The notes under the pieces: generated by a model
What the model saw: only the letters and a program-made list of their open reading frames with translations
Database searches by the model: none
Told to the model about the DNA's origin: nothing
Shown: piece after piece, positions 30,175 through 40,434 of the stretch
Numbering within the stretch: the stretch's first letter is position 1
Layout of the letters: the number at the start of each line of letters is the position of its first letter
Made by a program: the position numbers and the translations under genes
From: an uncultured virus (IMG/VR IMGVR_UViG_3300037089_000135)
Taxonomy: Duplodnaviria; Heunggongvirae; Uroviricota; Caudoviricetes
DNA: 64,000 nucleotides
IMG/VR virus record: IMGVR_UViG_3300037089_000135
Reading direction: 5' to 3' (one strand)

Positions 30175-30525
30175 TTAAGTGTTTTGATTTAACAGTAATT
30201 TCTTTAGTTGTTCCTGGAGTTGCGTGAATCGAACACGAATTCGATTTTCTTGATTGGTTATGGTTTTTAATTTCAAGTCCAGCAACTCGCGTCTATCGAG
30301 CATCTCTTTTAATAGAGTCTTTTTATTAGATGTGAAATATATATCTCCGCACCTCTTAAATACTTGAACGTTATCCGCACTTACTTGTAACGTCGCGAGA
30401 GCTTCATCGACCTTATATAATTCAGTTTCTATATTAACTCTTTGCGCTACAATCATCTCTCCCTGTTGCTGATATATCTGCAAATCATTTAGTTTTTCTT
30501 TAATATGTGGTGGTAAATCTATCAT
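30175..30525 (-). CDS. pfdB: Prefoldin beta subunit
   Basis: LPP.....L..LQ..QQQ coiled coil, central VFKRCGD hairpin, C-terminal L.LK.....QE.RI..RF.QLQEQL coiled coil. Confidence 0.88.
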   Translation of the reverse strand: MIDLPPHIKEKLNDLQIYQQQGEMIVAQRVNIETELYKVDEALATLQVSADNVQVFKRCGDIYFTSNKKTLLKEMLDRRELLDLKLKTITNQENRIRVRFTQLQEQLKKLLLNQNT

Positions 30526-31218
30526 TTAGCATTCCTCCGCTAATTTTGCTATATCTATATTGTGAGCTGCAATATATCTATTCAGATGTTCATTGAATTC
30601 GAGAGCCTGGAGATTGAAACCCTTCAAAGGCTCAATGAGTTCATCCAGGGTCCGCACCACAATGGCCGGTACCTGCTCAGGATTACGTTCTAAGTTGATG
30701 TCTAGTCTAAAGAACGCTACTCCCTTGATCTTCCTGCCTTGAAGCACTGAGGCCCTTTTAGCGGCCTGATAATAGGCAGAGAGCTGCATATCATAGTAAT
30801 CGTACCAATTTCCAGTTTTTATGTCGCCTACATAAAGCTCCTCATCCATCTCACAAATCATATCCAATCTTCCGGCATAGTTCGGGTAATAATGACATAC
30901 AGGAAGCTCTACTTCTAGGACCTTAATACCATCTCGAATTTTCCGCCACATACATAAAGCGGATCTTCTGATCTCGTAAACATCATCCTGCTCTACTTTC
31001 CAAATATGAGTCTCCGGTCTGTATTGGTCCTTATATTGACTTAGAATCAGGTAATGTAGCATAGTACCAAGGGTTGCAGCGTCCGGTGTCCAATTGGATT
31101 TTCGGCACGGTTGAAATCCGTGAAAAACCGATGTCACTCTTGGAAATATATTACCATTTGCATAATAGTATTCTCCAAATTCTGTATTCAATAATATTGG
31201 ATCTTTTTTAAGTATCAT
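30526..31218 (-). CDS. PD-(D/E)XK exonuclease (phage Cas4/RecE-like)
   Basis: PRVTSV, GTMLH, E, YAGRLD, DIKTG, QLSAY. Confidence 0.85.
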   Translation of the reverse strand: MILKKDPILLNTEFGEYYYANGNIFPRVTSVFHGFQPCRKSNWTPDAATLGTMLHYLILSQYKDQYRPETHIWKVEQDDVYEIRRSALCMWRKIRDGIKVLEVELPVCHYYPNYAGRLDMICEMDEELYVGDIKTGNWYDYYDMQLSAYYQAAKRASVLQGRKIKGVAFFRLDINLERNPEQVPAIVVRTLDELIEPLKGFNLQALEFNEHLNRYIAAHNIDIAKLAEEC

Positions 31219-31451
31219 TCATTTCCCTCATCTTGCACATAGAGCCATTGGTCCTTCTTTATATAATGCAAACCATCCACAATGGTCACATCTGATCGTT
31301 ATATGAAGAATACCATTATTATAATATAATCCTCCATATATAGTTTCCCATTCACAATTTGGGCAAAAAGGAAATAACGGATCTTCATCCATTAATTCTT
31401 CTTCATCCTCATCATATAGGTCACTAACATAATCATCCATATCTTCTATCA

Positions 31452-32591
31452 TTAATAATCATCTTCTGTTGGATCATATGGGATATACTCGGATTTTACC
31501 GATATTCTACCATTCTGGAGCTTCTTTAACTCCAATATAGTTCCTCCAATATCCGGATTCAGGCCCTTCCTCCCGAGATACGCAGGTGTTTGCGCCTGGA
31601 AGCATGGAAGCATCATAGAGTACATATTCATGTATCCGGGGAGATCACAAGTCACATGGAAATGCCCTACCAAGAATATATCCGGCTTTATATTAGCTTC
31701 GACCTTTGACGTAGCTAATTTTTGCAGTTTGTAGCTTCGCGCATAAGATACTCCTCCATCACCATGATGTAGGCAAAGCTTTATGCCATTTAGATCGAAG
31801 TTAGCTAGATAAAATCCCTTATAGATCATATCAGGTCTCTTTTGGGCTATATCGAAACATACATCCGTACCGTTTTGCTTCCAAAACGATTCATCATGAT
31901 TTCCGCCTATGAAAATAGTCCTCATTCCGGAAACTTTCGGATAGTGGTCTATCGCATAATCGGTTTGGGCTTTTGCTCCATGAAGAAATACTTCGAACTC
32001 TTGACCTCTATACATGTGGTATCCATCTACCAAGTCTCCAGCATGAAGCATATCTTTTATTCCCAATTCATTACAATACTTGTAAAAGGACCACAATGAT
32101 GTAAGCTGTTGATATTTCGATCCTAACTGGCTATCTGCAACTACTCCAATCCGGTATACATCATCATCGATAGCATCTGGCAGAGTATCCAAGATAAAGC
32201 TATAATCTTGCTCCAGGGGCCTTCTTGTAGTAAAGTATCCAGCTTCTTGCACGGCATGAATAGCCTCATCCAGAGCTACCTTTTTCGGAGTTTTTATCTT
32301 CTCTGGCGGTGTTATCACGATTTTTCCCATTTCCTGAGCATTCCAACCTTTTCCAAATTCACAAGTATTTTCTCTAGGGCTAATTTTCCAATATACATAA
32401 GGCCCGGTTTCAAACGATTTCCTATTCACTTTTCCTTCGCGAAGCAATCTAACTAACACGGTTCGCATACTGGATATTGGCATATCACAAAGTCTACTTA
32501 ATTTTTCCGCCGAACATAAATTATCATTTTCAATATCATCCGGCTCATTTGTAGGTATTTTACCTAGTATGATATTATCATCGTATCTCAT
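31452..32591 (-). CDS. wHTH + calcineurin-like metallophosphoesterase
   Basis: N-terminal wHTH; DSQ, GDLVDG, GNHD, HH, GHFH. Confidence 0.85.
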   Translation of the reverse strand: MRYDDNIILGKIPTNEPDDIENDNLCSAEKLSRLCDMPISSMRTVLVRLLREGKVNRKSFETGPYVYWKISPRENTCEFGKGWNAQEMGKIVITPPEKIKTPKKVALDEAIHAVQEAGYFTTRRPLEQDYSFILDTLPDAIDDDVYRIGVVADSQLGSKYQQLTSLWSFYKYCNELGIKDMLHAGDLVDGYHMYRGQEFEVFLHGAKAQTDYAIDHYPKVSGMRTIFIGGNHDESFWKQNGTDVCFDIAQKRPDMIYKGFYLANFDLNGIKLCLHHGDGGVSYARSYKLQKLATSKVEANIKPDIFLVGHFHVTCDLPGYMNMYSMMLPCFQAQTPAYLGRKGLNPDIGGTILELKKLQNGRISVKSEYIPYDPTEDDY

Positions 32592-32733
32592 TCTTAGTCC
32601 TCTTCATCCATTAATTCCGTAATATCTTTAGATCCACATACAGGGCATCCATCTTTCTCTGCTCTTTTCATATGCTTGTATGTAACAAATTTTTTTCCGC
32701 AGCCACATTCGGCCCAATATTGCATTTGTATTT

Positions 32734-33177
32734 TCATATCGATATTCTTCTAAGTTCATTCCACTTTCGAGTTATAAACATAAAGTTTGTACCTTCTGCA
32801 TTCCGGGTTGTAGTAGCCGCAAGGTCTACATCCATTAATCTCAATAAATATTCTCCAACTAAAATATCTAATCTTTCATATTTTCCAGGTTTGATATCAC
32901 TGTTCGTATAGAATGTGCCTGTCCTTTCTGCATTAACTATTGCTTTGGGATATAGAGCCGGATCATCAGTTAAATGTGCATCTGTAAATAATTTTGTAGC
33001 GATAACAGTTTTAGGCGGCTCAATTGATTCGACATCTAATATAACATCAAATCTTTGAATATGTCCTATAGGTTCAATCAATATGGTATTGTTTTTATAT
33101 TCCATACTTCGGATATTGCCTTTGCATTGCATATCCTTTAACCAATCTAAAAAAATTAAAAATCTCATATATTTCAC
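32734..33177 (-). CDS. Hypothetical protein
   Basis: 147-aa ORF coupled to the upstream ORF. Confidence 0.55.
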   Translation of the reverse strand: MKYMRFLIFLDWLKDMQCKGNIRSMEYKNNTILIEPIGHIQRFDVILDVESIEPPKTVIATKLFTDAHLTDDPALYPKAIVNAERTGTFYTNSDIKPGKYERLDILVGEYLLRLMDVDLAATTTRNAEGTNFMFITRKWNELRRISI

Positions 33178-33566
33178 CTTGGTATGACACCTTCTTCATC
33201 TTCAAAAGCATTATATTCATCAATCACATTTTGAGAAGATTTAAGAAGTTCATCATGAGGGGCTCTGGCTAATTCATCTATCAATACAGTAGCTAGAAGC
33301 ATATTTGTAAATTCACCGACTGTATCAACCAAATCCTCTACATCTCTAATGTTTTCGATTGGTTCATCTGCAAGTCTTTCCAATGCTGAGCGCACCATTA
33401 TTAGGTTCGCATTATTAATAGTGTTTATTTCATCTAAAGAATATTCCACTTAAAATCACTCCATTTAAAATTATTATTTGCCGGGCGACTCATTAAAAGC
33501 CTAAAACTTGCACAATGCTGCCCGGACTTTATTATAAAATTAAAATTTTAGATTTGGAGAAAACGT

Positions 33567-34055
33567 TTAAGGTCTTCTCCAGAATCCCTCGCCCTTTGAA
33601 TTCAGCTTGTAGACCTTACCTTGCTCAGTTTGCCGGAGTCCTGCATTCAGATAAACGATACAGTTGAAGGATGCAAAGTCATCGTTATTGGTAGCCCCGA
33701 TATTTGGCATTCCGTTAGTCATCAGAGGGCTTGGTAGATCGAAGTATTTGACAACCATCTTAATCGTTCCAGTGTGCATCGACAACGGAACTATGAATCT
33801 AGTCTTTCCAGATGGTAGATACTGCGTATTGAACCCCTTAATGGTCTTCCCAAAGATATCGTAGAACATCACGGACGTATTAAATCCGGCCCCTGGATTA
33901 GTTACTTCTACAGTGGAATTGATGGGATCAAGTATCGAGATATACGGGAAGTTCACTCCGAACGAATCGGAATTATACGGAACGGCAACGCTTACAGCTA
34001 CAGCGCAAACTAGCAAAACTAGAACGGCTGCCAGATTTCTCATGTAGTTAGACAT
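33567..34055 (-). CDS. Secreted/surface protein of unknown function
   Basis: Clear N-terminal signal peptide; GGAG RBS. Confidence 0.6.
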   Translation of the reverse strand: MSNYMRNLAAVLVLLVCAVAVSVAVPYNSDSFGVNFPYISILDPINSTVEVTNPGAGFNTSVMFYDIFGKTIKGFNTQYLPSGKTRFIVPLSMHTGTIKMVVKYFDLPSPLMTNGMPNIGATNNDDFASFNCIVYLNAGLRQTEQGKVYKLNSKGEGFWRRP

Positions 34056-34555
34056 TTCTTTATCTCCTATATGGATATTATTCCATTTATTATTAATAAA
34101 ATGATAATTATAGGTTCAACCTTGGAAGGCAAAGAACCTATTTACTTGAGGAACTCTTGGATCACCATTGATACGGTTTTCTATCCTTTGCTGATCAATT
34201 GCGTGAACATGTGATACGTGTCCTGCCAATCCAGCATATGTGACAGCCGGGTAAACGGATGATACCATTTAGATACACCTCATTTTGTGCTCTTGCACAA
34301 TACCCTATACACATGCTAGGTATTTAACTTTTTTGGTCACTCGAATGCTCGATGATTTTGAGCCCCTAGAATTACACCCGATGCGAATACTGCTATGAAT
34401 CCTAATACGCCACATAGTACATGCAGATTAGTGCCATTAGGTGACAATACAGGCCCATTGATAGCTGCATCAGTTAGAGCTAATCCAATTATGCCAATGA
34501 TCATACCAATTATATCTACAAGCCACATAATTTTATCCTCCCATTTATATTAATG

Positions 34556-34628
34556 CGCACCCGGCAGGGCTCGAACCTACGACCTTCCGGTTAACAGCCG
34601 GACGCTCTACCAACTGAGCTACAGGCAC
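34556..34628 (-). tRNA. tRNA-Asn(GTT)
   Basis: D arm GCTC-AGTTGGTA-GAGC, anticodon arm TCCGG-CT GTT AA-CCGGA, T loop TTCGAGC. Confidence 0.9.
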
Positions 34629-34640
34629 AATATATTAATG

Positions 34641-34766
34641 ACGACATGGCGGGACTCGGACCCGCGACTCGCCGCTTGCCATTTATAAGGATTTTTAAAA
34701 TTACACCCGAATTCAAGCACAATCCCCTACGCCGTGCGGACGCTCTACCAACTGAGCTACACATCG
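34641..34766 (-). tRNA. tRNA-like gene with about 53-nt insertion in the anticodon loop (intron-containing or pseudo-tRNA; anticodon possibly GGC)
   Basis: Acceptor CGATGTG/CATGTCG, D arm identical to the adjacent tRNA-Asn, T arm GCGGG-TCCGAGT-CCCGC. The insert contains a GGGGATT/AATCCTT helix. Confidence 0.65.
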
Positions 34767-34920
34767 CCCTAGCGAAATTTCGTCGGTTTCCCGATAAGCT
34801 CAGGAAACTATAATCAGCTCTCATCTTCTGGAGATACTAATTTTGGAGCAGTGGATATTATATCTCTAATATCATACTCCTCCTGTTGTTCTACAATGAG
34901 AGCAATCTCCTATTATTTAG

Positions 34921-35022
34921 ATCGGCACGGTTAGATTTACACTAACTCAAGGATCAATCGATATCCCTTGTTTTCGCCGGAGTGATCAGCTCCTCGGAAC
35001 ATATCCTAAGTTCCATGTCGAT
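34921..35022 (-). ncRNA. Candidate cloverleaf-like structured RNA
   Basis: Closing stem ATCGACATG/CGTGCCGAT enclosing hairpins GGAAC/GTTCC, GGAG-CTGATCA-CTCC, CAAGG/CCTTG and GTTAG-TGTAAAT-CTAAC. Confidence 0.5.
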
Positions 35023-35048
35023 ATTTATTTATTCATAATTATTAAGAA

Positions 35049-35390
35049 GCCGAGTGGATCTGACACCCGGCCTCTCGGAGACTCTTTTGTGATTAGGAAG
35101 ATACCGGAGAGATGGTAAGATCGCGGCATCTTTCAGTTTGTCCAGATCGTTGATCTGATCTTGTGACTTTGAGGAAGGCCCGTTGGGTCGCGCAGGCAAC
35201 CCCGGCTCTACAAGGATAGACCGTAGATCCATCCCAATCGCGAAACCGTCCTCGCGGGCCTGAGTGTTTTTTAGTATGGGTGTTATTCATGCTATTGGGT
35301 TGTGTCTCCACACAACTATTATTGAGGGGCGCACTCCTGGTTTGGGAGGGTCACAGCGCCTTCTTATCACTGGCTAATGACACGGCCCCT
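35049..35390 (-). ncRNA. GC-rich structured non-coding region, candidate ncRNA(s)
   Basis: Nested stems AGGCCCG/CGGGCCT, TTGGG/CCCAA, GCCGGGTG/CACTCGGC, AGGGGC/GCCCCT; no convincing ORF. Confidence 0.4.
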
Positions 35391-35827
35391 GGTAGATAAT
35401 TATAATTATAGGTTCACAGTCATATCGTTACTACGATACCCGCATTCACAAGTATAATGGTATCCAAACCACTGCATAGAGTTCTGTTTGCTTCTATGCT
35501 TTACTTTTTTCATGGGCTTTCCACATTCAGGGCATTCCATTGTATATCATCCCATTTATTATTTATGCGTTGGTCAATCTCCTTTTCAGCTCAGGGCTTT
35601 TCTTACCGGGCTGATCTTTTCATCGCTACCCCATTGCTTTGGGGTGAGCATCATCCCACACGCACATACTACCATTACACGCCTGAGTATTTAACTCTTT
35701 TGGTCATCAATGAACTGTGCCTGCAACCTGACATGAAAACATCAATATCAATGTCAAAAATGTCATCATCATCGCGAGCACCTTAGCCACGATAATATAG
35801 TGTATCATTTATTCCATCCTTTTGCGT

Positions 35828-36373
35828 TTACATCCATGTACGGCGTATAGAATCCAACACCCCTGCCCAATCATATACTCTCTCGATGTTCCAGAAATCA
35901 GTCTTATAAGCTCGATTCCAAGGTCTATCAAAGAGGATTCCAATGCTCTTATTATCGTTGTAGGTCCGGAATTCTTCAATGTATTTAGGATAATCGTCTA
36001 TTAATACATCTGCTTTTATTTCTTTTGTATAATAGATTGGTAGCTGTAATCCAAATCTATCCACAAACCATTGACGGGTTCCATCATGGCTGAAGTTTGT
36101 CCGGTGCGTCGCGAGCACTACTAGGTTATGTTTAGTCAATTCGCGAATAGCATCAACCGCGCCGGGTACCGTTGGAAGACTCATCACGAAGTTTTTATTA
36201 TGAAGTAAGTTTTTTATCTCCTTTCCGAACTGAATTCCACTTTTACCATGCACAAAGTTAAAGTCATTTATATCTTCAACTTTTATATCCACATCATAAT
36301 ACATAGATATGTATTTTAAAACATCATGATGGATGTCACAAAGGACCCCATCGATATCTACACAAATTTTCAT
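35828..36373 (-). CDS. 5'(3')-deoxyribonucleotidase (HAD/NT5C family)
   Basis: VDIDGVL, PGAVDAI, T.R, DVLIDD, FDRPWN. Confidence 0.9.
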   Translation of the reverse strand: MKICVDIDGVLCDIHHDVLKYISMYYDVDIKVEDINDFNFVHGKSGIQFGKEIKNLLHNKNFVMSLPTVPGAVDAIRELTKHNLVVLATHRTNFSHDGTRQWFVDRFGLQLPIYYTKEIKADVLIDDYPKYIEEFRTYNDNKSIGILFDRPWNRAYKTDFWNIERVYDWAGVLDSIRRTWM

Positions 36374-36376
36374 TTT

Positions 36377-36829
36377 TTACGCATCCTGCGATTTGATAGA
36401 TTTACCATTTAAATTTTTTAACTGATTTCGCAAGTTTTCTCTTACATTGTATCTATCTTGTAATATATTATAATCTTTGCTAATCGTTCTCGATACCGTG
36501 TTCATAAATAAAATACCTATTTGTATTTGTTGTTTTTTAATTATTGAATACGGCGCTATCAAATTTAAGAACCTGATCTTATCGCTATCATGAACCTCCC
36601 ATCTGTATGCAACGTTTCCCGATTTAGCTTTATAAACAGTAATATATCCACCTAATTTTTCTTTTAGCCAGTTCATAACATCTTTATTTAAATTTGTTAA
36701 TGATACACCTAAACGGTGATATACTATCTTATCCGGACGTTTTGCATATCCAATAAATATAGTACCTTCCCCATCAAATAATCCAGATATATATCCTTTC
36801 TCAGCTTCATTTAAATCGTATATTTTCAT
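36377..36829 (-). mobile_element. Single-motif LAGLIDADG homing endonuclease
   Basis: YISGLFDGEGTI...LGG...YRW...FL..IAPYSIIKK.Q. Confidence 0.9.
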
Positions 36830-37129
36830 ATTGTATCAACTGCTATTCTGATGCTTCATCCCTTCTTTTTATTTCTTCTCGCAGCTCTACGAGTTCGGCT
36901 TCTAATGCAATAGTCTTAACGTTAGCCTCACGGTAAATAGCGTCTATGTATTCGAGAGCTATCCGGTGATACGTTCCAAATTCTATATATAGTAGTTTTC
37001 CTCCTAACTTTGCCTCAGAAGATTCAGAATTTTGTAGAATTAATATTATATCTTCTACATCGCTATCCTTATGTCCTAGTTCCATATATAGCTGAGACGC
37101 ATCTTTTTCAACCATGATACTCACCACTC

Positions 37130-37432
37130 TTATACTGTAGATTCCATAGTATTTAAAGGTTCCGGCTTCCAAGCATTATACATCCCTCTGAAGTTACAGA
37201 ACGTATAATAGATAAATGTCGCTACCATCGGCCATACGGCGGCCAAATAGAATTGATAACCCAAATATCCATTTGAGAAGACCCAAACTAGAAATCCAAA
37301 TCCCCTCATTTTCCTATTCCCTCCGGATGTCCAGGTAGCTCCTAAAATTGCTAGGAGCATTGTGAGATAATATAATGGTTGCCGAATAATATCAGCAATT
37401 ATACTATCCATAATTAATATTAAATCAATCAT
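37130..37432 (-). CDS. Three-helix membrane protein (PnuC-like fragment?)
   Basis: Three hydrophobic segments with GF.VW..SN and N.RGMY.W patterns. Confidence 0.45.
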   Translation of the reverse strand: MIDLILIMDSIIADIIRQPLYYLTMLLAILGATWTSGGNRKMRGFGFLVWVFSNGYLGYQFYLAAVWPMVATFIYYTFCNFRGMYNAWKPEPLNTMESTV

Positions 37433-37455
37433 TCATAAACCTCACGAATTAACTT

Positions 37456-38004
37456 TCACACCTCATGTATTCTCTTGATACTTCCATCTTTATTTAAATC
37501 GAAACATTGTGACATTTTTAAGTTAAACATATATATTCCTTTTCCCATTTCCGGATTTTCGAACTGCGCGACATTATCAGATTGAACATCCGATACATGG
37601 AACGTCTTACACATATCGATTAACGAGCTTACTCCAGCTTCCCAACTACTTTTAACATCCCAATATTTCTCAGATACACTATGTTCTCTGCTAAATTTTA
37701 ATCCGTCTTCTGCATCGCTTTGGGTGACACGAATATACTTTTCTAGCTCTTTACCATCCATATTATTCTTGAGTAGCTCCTCATCTATCTCCAGTGTTAT
37801 GGTTTTACTTTTCATGGATGAACGCCACATTTCATCAGTCTCAGCTTGTGTTGGTGGCCTCGCTGTATCATTTGCTGTTATCGTATTGGTAGTTACAGCA
37901 TATGGGCTCTCCATTGGTGCCGGAATTATCAACTTGCTTACTCCAGATCCTACGGCCAAGAGTACCACGATTGCGAATATAATAATAAATAATTTAGGCA
38001 TCAT
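37456..38004 (-). CDS. Membrane-anchored hypothetical protein
   Basis: N-terminal TM/signal helix. Confidence 0.55.
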   Translation of the reverse strand: MMPKLFIIIFAIVVLLAVGSGVSKLIIPAPMESPYAVTTNTITANDTARPPTQAETDEMWRSSMKSKTITLEIDEELLKNNMDGKELEKYIRVTQSDAEDGLKFSREHSVSEKYWDVKSSWEAGVSSLIDMCKTFHVSDVQSDNVAQFENPEMGKGIYMFNLKMSQCFDLNKDGSIKRIHEV

Positions 38005-38041
38005 CTTTCATCATCTCTAAAACGGATATATAGAAGCCTTA

Positions 38042-40432
38042 CTATTTAAGGGTTTCTATATTGCCGACTTCGATATGCTTTTTTCTCATCTTTAATTCCT
38101 GTCGCTTACCTGCATTCCATCCACTGATACGCTTTCCGGAAACCGCTTGAATATATCCAGTTACCCGGCTGAATTGAGTAATGTCATCCGATTCACATAT
38201 AGGACAAATATCCACCAATCCGGAATGCATTTTATTACATGCTTTACATATTGAGTATTCTTTGGTGAAAGTAAAGTACTTTATGTTAGTCTTTCGGACC
38301 AATTTCTCAATGAAGCTAAATATGCTCATCGGATTTGGATTTTCCTCACCTAACCATATATGGAAAATATTACCACCATCGAATGCACTAAATGCGTGTT
38401 CCTCCAGTCTTATCTTCTCCATTAAGGTAATATCAGCACCATCGGCTGTCATCGCCCCATTCGTATAGAATATAGGCAAATCCTTTGTGACCTTTATATT
38501 ATCCAAGGCAAATTGTAAATCTCCCTTGATAACCTTCTTGGCACCTTCATGATATTTCGGATTCAGTAAGTCGCAAATTGCAAACCTCTGAGCTGTGGTT
38601 TCAGCCGGTGTTCTGGCAAAAGCCAATGCGATATTATTCTCTGTTGCAGCTTCACGCACGGCAAACCATACATAAGTTAACAATTTCACTGCCATTTTAT
38701 GAGCTTCTGGTGATTCATGAATCTGACAGCCAGTTAGAATTTGCACGGCCTCATTTAGTCCTACAATACCGATAGCACAAGGTAGATCCTTCTCATCCCA
38801 CAAAGGAGGTGCGCGAACTGACATATCGTTTGGATCTGAAGGAGTTTGTCTTGCAAACTGTAATGATTGTTTCGACATATATTCCTTTTTGACTTTAAAT
38901 ATGTCAACGGCCATCTTAATGGACTTCTTGCAGTGCTCGATAGTTCCATCTATCGTACCGGCTTCAAGAGCAGCCTGGACAAGATTCAGGGTAACAACCT
39001 GAAGGGACCCTAAGATAAAGTGCTTTCCTCCCTTGAAATGTAACTTATCGTTGAACTCACTATCATTTTTGTCGCTGCTCTCGAAATTATAAGCGCAGCA
39101 AGAGTAACACGACACGGTTCCTTTATCCAATTTGATGGAATTATGGATATACGGCGTACCATCTCTCGCGATCAGCTTGCACATATCATACCATAGCTCT
39201 TTATAACATGGCGCTACAATACGATTTTGGAAGTGTATATACGCTTGTCCGCGACTATTTACCCGGCCATCGGAAAAGGTCTTCTCCAGCTCCAGGTTCC
39301 AGGTCTCCGGATCGAAGTGCTCAGCTAGTAACTCAATTTCGTATTTCGGAAAGCTGAAGGGCCTGCCATATGCATCCCCGCCTAGCATTATCTCAGTATA
39401 AGCCTTAAACGCAAGTCTAACCTCGCGCTCGAATTCCCCATAAGTTCGCAGCGGTATTATTTTCCATTCATCGGGCTTAAAGTCAAAACCTTTCATTGAC
39501 ATTTTAACTTCGCCGGTTTTCTTATTTATGGCTCGGCCATCCCATATTTGACCTTTGAAAACAACTGGTACATCCCTCCATACATCCGGGACCCCTGGAG
39601 TAAGCTGAGTTGTGCTGAAACATGCTTGATTTCCTCGGCTCAGCATTTGACTCATCTCCCAAATATAGAGCTGCATTAGCTGTTTTATCTGATCATAAGA
39701 TTTTCCTTCTAGGAACGGCGATATAAATGTCAAGAAGTTTTGGTACCCCTGGCCTCCAGAGAAGAACTGTTGTGAGCTTCCGAGAGCTTTAGCTGCATGA
39801 AGTATCGCTACGTGCGCGTGCATTGCCGGTGTCGCGATAGGCACCGTATCTCCAGAACCATCAGCAAGAAGCCCATAATAGAGATAGTACCTCAAATCGT
39901 GCTCATTGCAAAATGGCCTTGTCGCGAAGTAATCCAGATCGTGAATATGCAACCGGCCCGTAAGGTGCGCGGCTATAACTTCTTCAGTTATGCCTATTTC
40001 TATGGCCTTCTTAGATACCATTCCAGCTATAAATTTGTCCATCGCCTCCGGCGCTCGCCCGTTGATATTGGCATTATCTGCAAACGCATGGCCCCACCAT
40101 ATATTATATATATCTTGATATTTAAGTCCAATAACACTTGATACATTCGCGAGCTGATGTTCTTTTATCTTAAGTAATTCAGTTACCACAAGGCCCCTAA
40201 TAGTATCGGTGCTAATTATATCATCGGCCTCAAATTCTTGCATCTTTCTTATAATAGTTGTAACTTTAGTACTTATTTTTTTGATATTTTCCTCGGAAAT
40301 CAGAACGTAGCCATCACCATATATCTGTTTACAAAACAGTGCATCATTCCTAATTTCATCATTAATATGATGTTTGTCAAAAGATTCAACAAATCCTTGA
40401 TTATTTCTTACTCTAGGTAGTAGGGTTTCCAT
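38042..40432 (-). CDS. nrdD: Anaerobic (class III) ribonucleoside-triphosphate reductase
   Basis: ATP cone, HIHDLD, FSFPK, SCC, TPAETT.RF, YTN, CxxC...CPxC, C-terminal SRVTGY glycyl-radical loop. Confidence 0.95.
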   Translation of the reverse strand: METLLPRVRNNQGFVESFDKHHINDEIRNDALFCKQIYGDGYVLISEENIKKISTKVTTIIRKMQEFEADDIISTDTIRGLVVTELLKIKEHQLANVSSVIGLKYQDIYNIWWGHAFADNANINGRAPEAMDKFIAGMVSKKAIEIGITEEVIAAHLTGRLHIHDLDYFATRPFCNEHDLRYYLYYGLLADGSGDTVPIATPAMHAHVAILHAAKALGSSQQFFSGGQGYQNFLTFISPFLEGKSYDQIKQLMQLYIWEMSQMLSRGNQACFSTTQLTPGVPDVWRDVPVVFKGQIWDGRAINKKTGEVKMSMKGFDFKPDEWKIIPLRTYGEFEREVRLAFKAYTEIMLGGDAYGRPFSFPKYEIELLAEHFDPETWNLELEKTFSDGRVNSRGQAYIHFQNRIVAPCYKELWYDMCKLIARDGTPYIHNSIKLDKGTVSCYSCCAYNFESSDKNDSEFNDKLHFKGGKHFILGSLQVVTLNLVQAALEAGTIDGTIEHCKKSIKMAVDIFKVKKEYMSKQSLQFARQTPSDPNDMSVRAPPLWDEKDLPCAIGIVGLNEAVQILTGCQIHESPEAHKMAVKLLTYVWFAVREAATENNIALAFARTPAETTAQRFAICDLLNPKYHEGAKKVIKGDLQFALDNIKVTKDLPIFYTNGAMTADGADITLMEKIRLEEHAFSAFDGGNIFHIWLGEENPNPMSIFSFIEKLVRKTNIKYFTFTKEYSICKACNKMHSGLVDICPICESDDITQFSRVTGYIQAVSGKRISGWNAGKRQELKMRKKHIEVGNIETLK

Positions 40433-40434
40433 TT

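Noticed and set aside
30526..31218. CRISPR-associated cas4
   Set aside because: There is no four-Cys Fe-S motif and no cas genes or array; it is a generic viral PD-(D/E)XK exonuclease.
34591..34824. 77-aa ORF
   Set aside because: It is a translation of the two tRNA genes, not a protein.
34955..34995. Hammerhead ribozyme (CTGATCA...GAAA)
   Set aside because: The core deviates from CUGANGA and is enclosed as a hairpin loop; the three-stem hammerhead topology could not be built.
35171..35181. RNase P RNA (GAGGAAGGCCC resembles the GAGGAAAGUCC motif)
   Set aside because: It is on the strand opposite the tRNA cluster, and I found no matching 3' P4 partner sequence.
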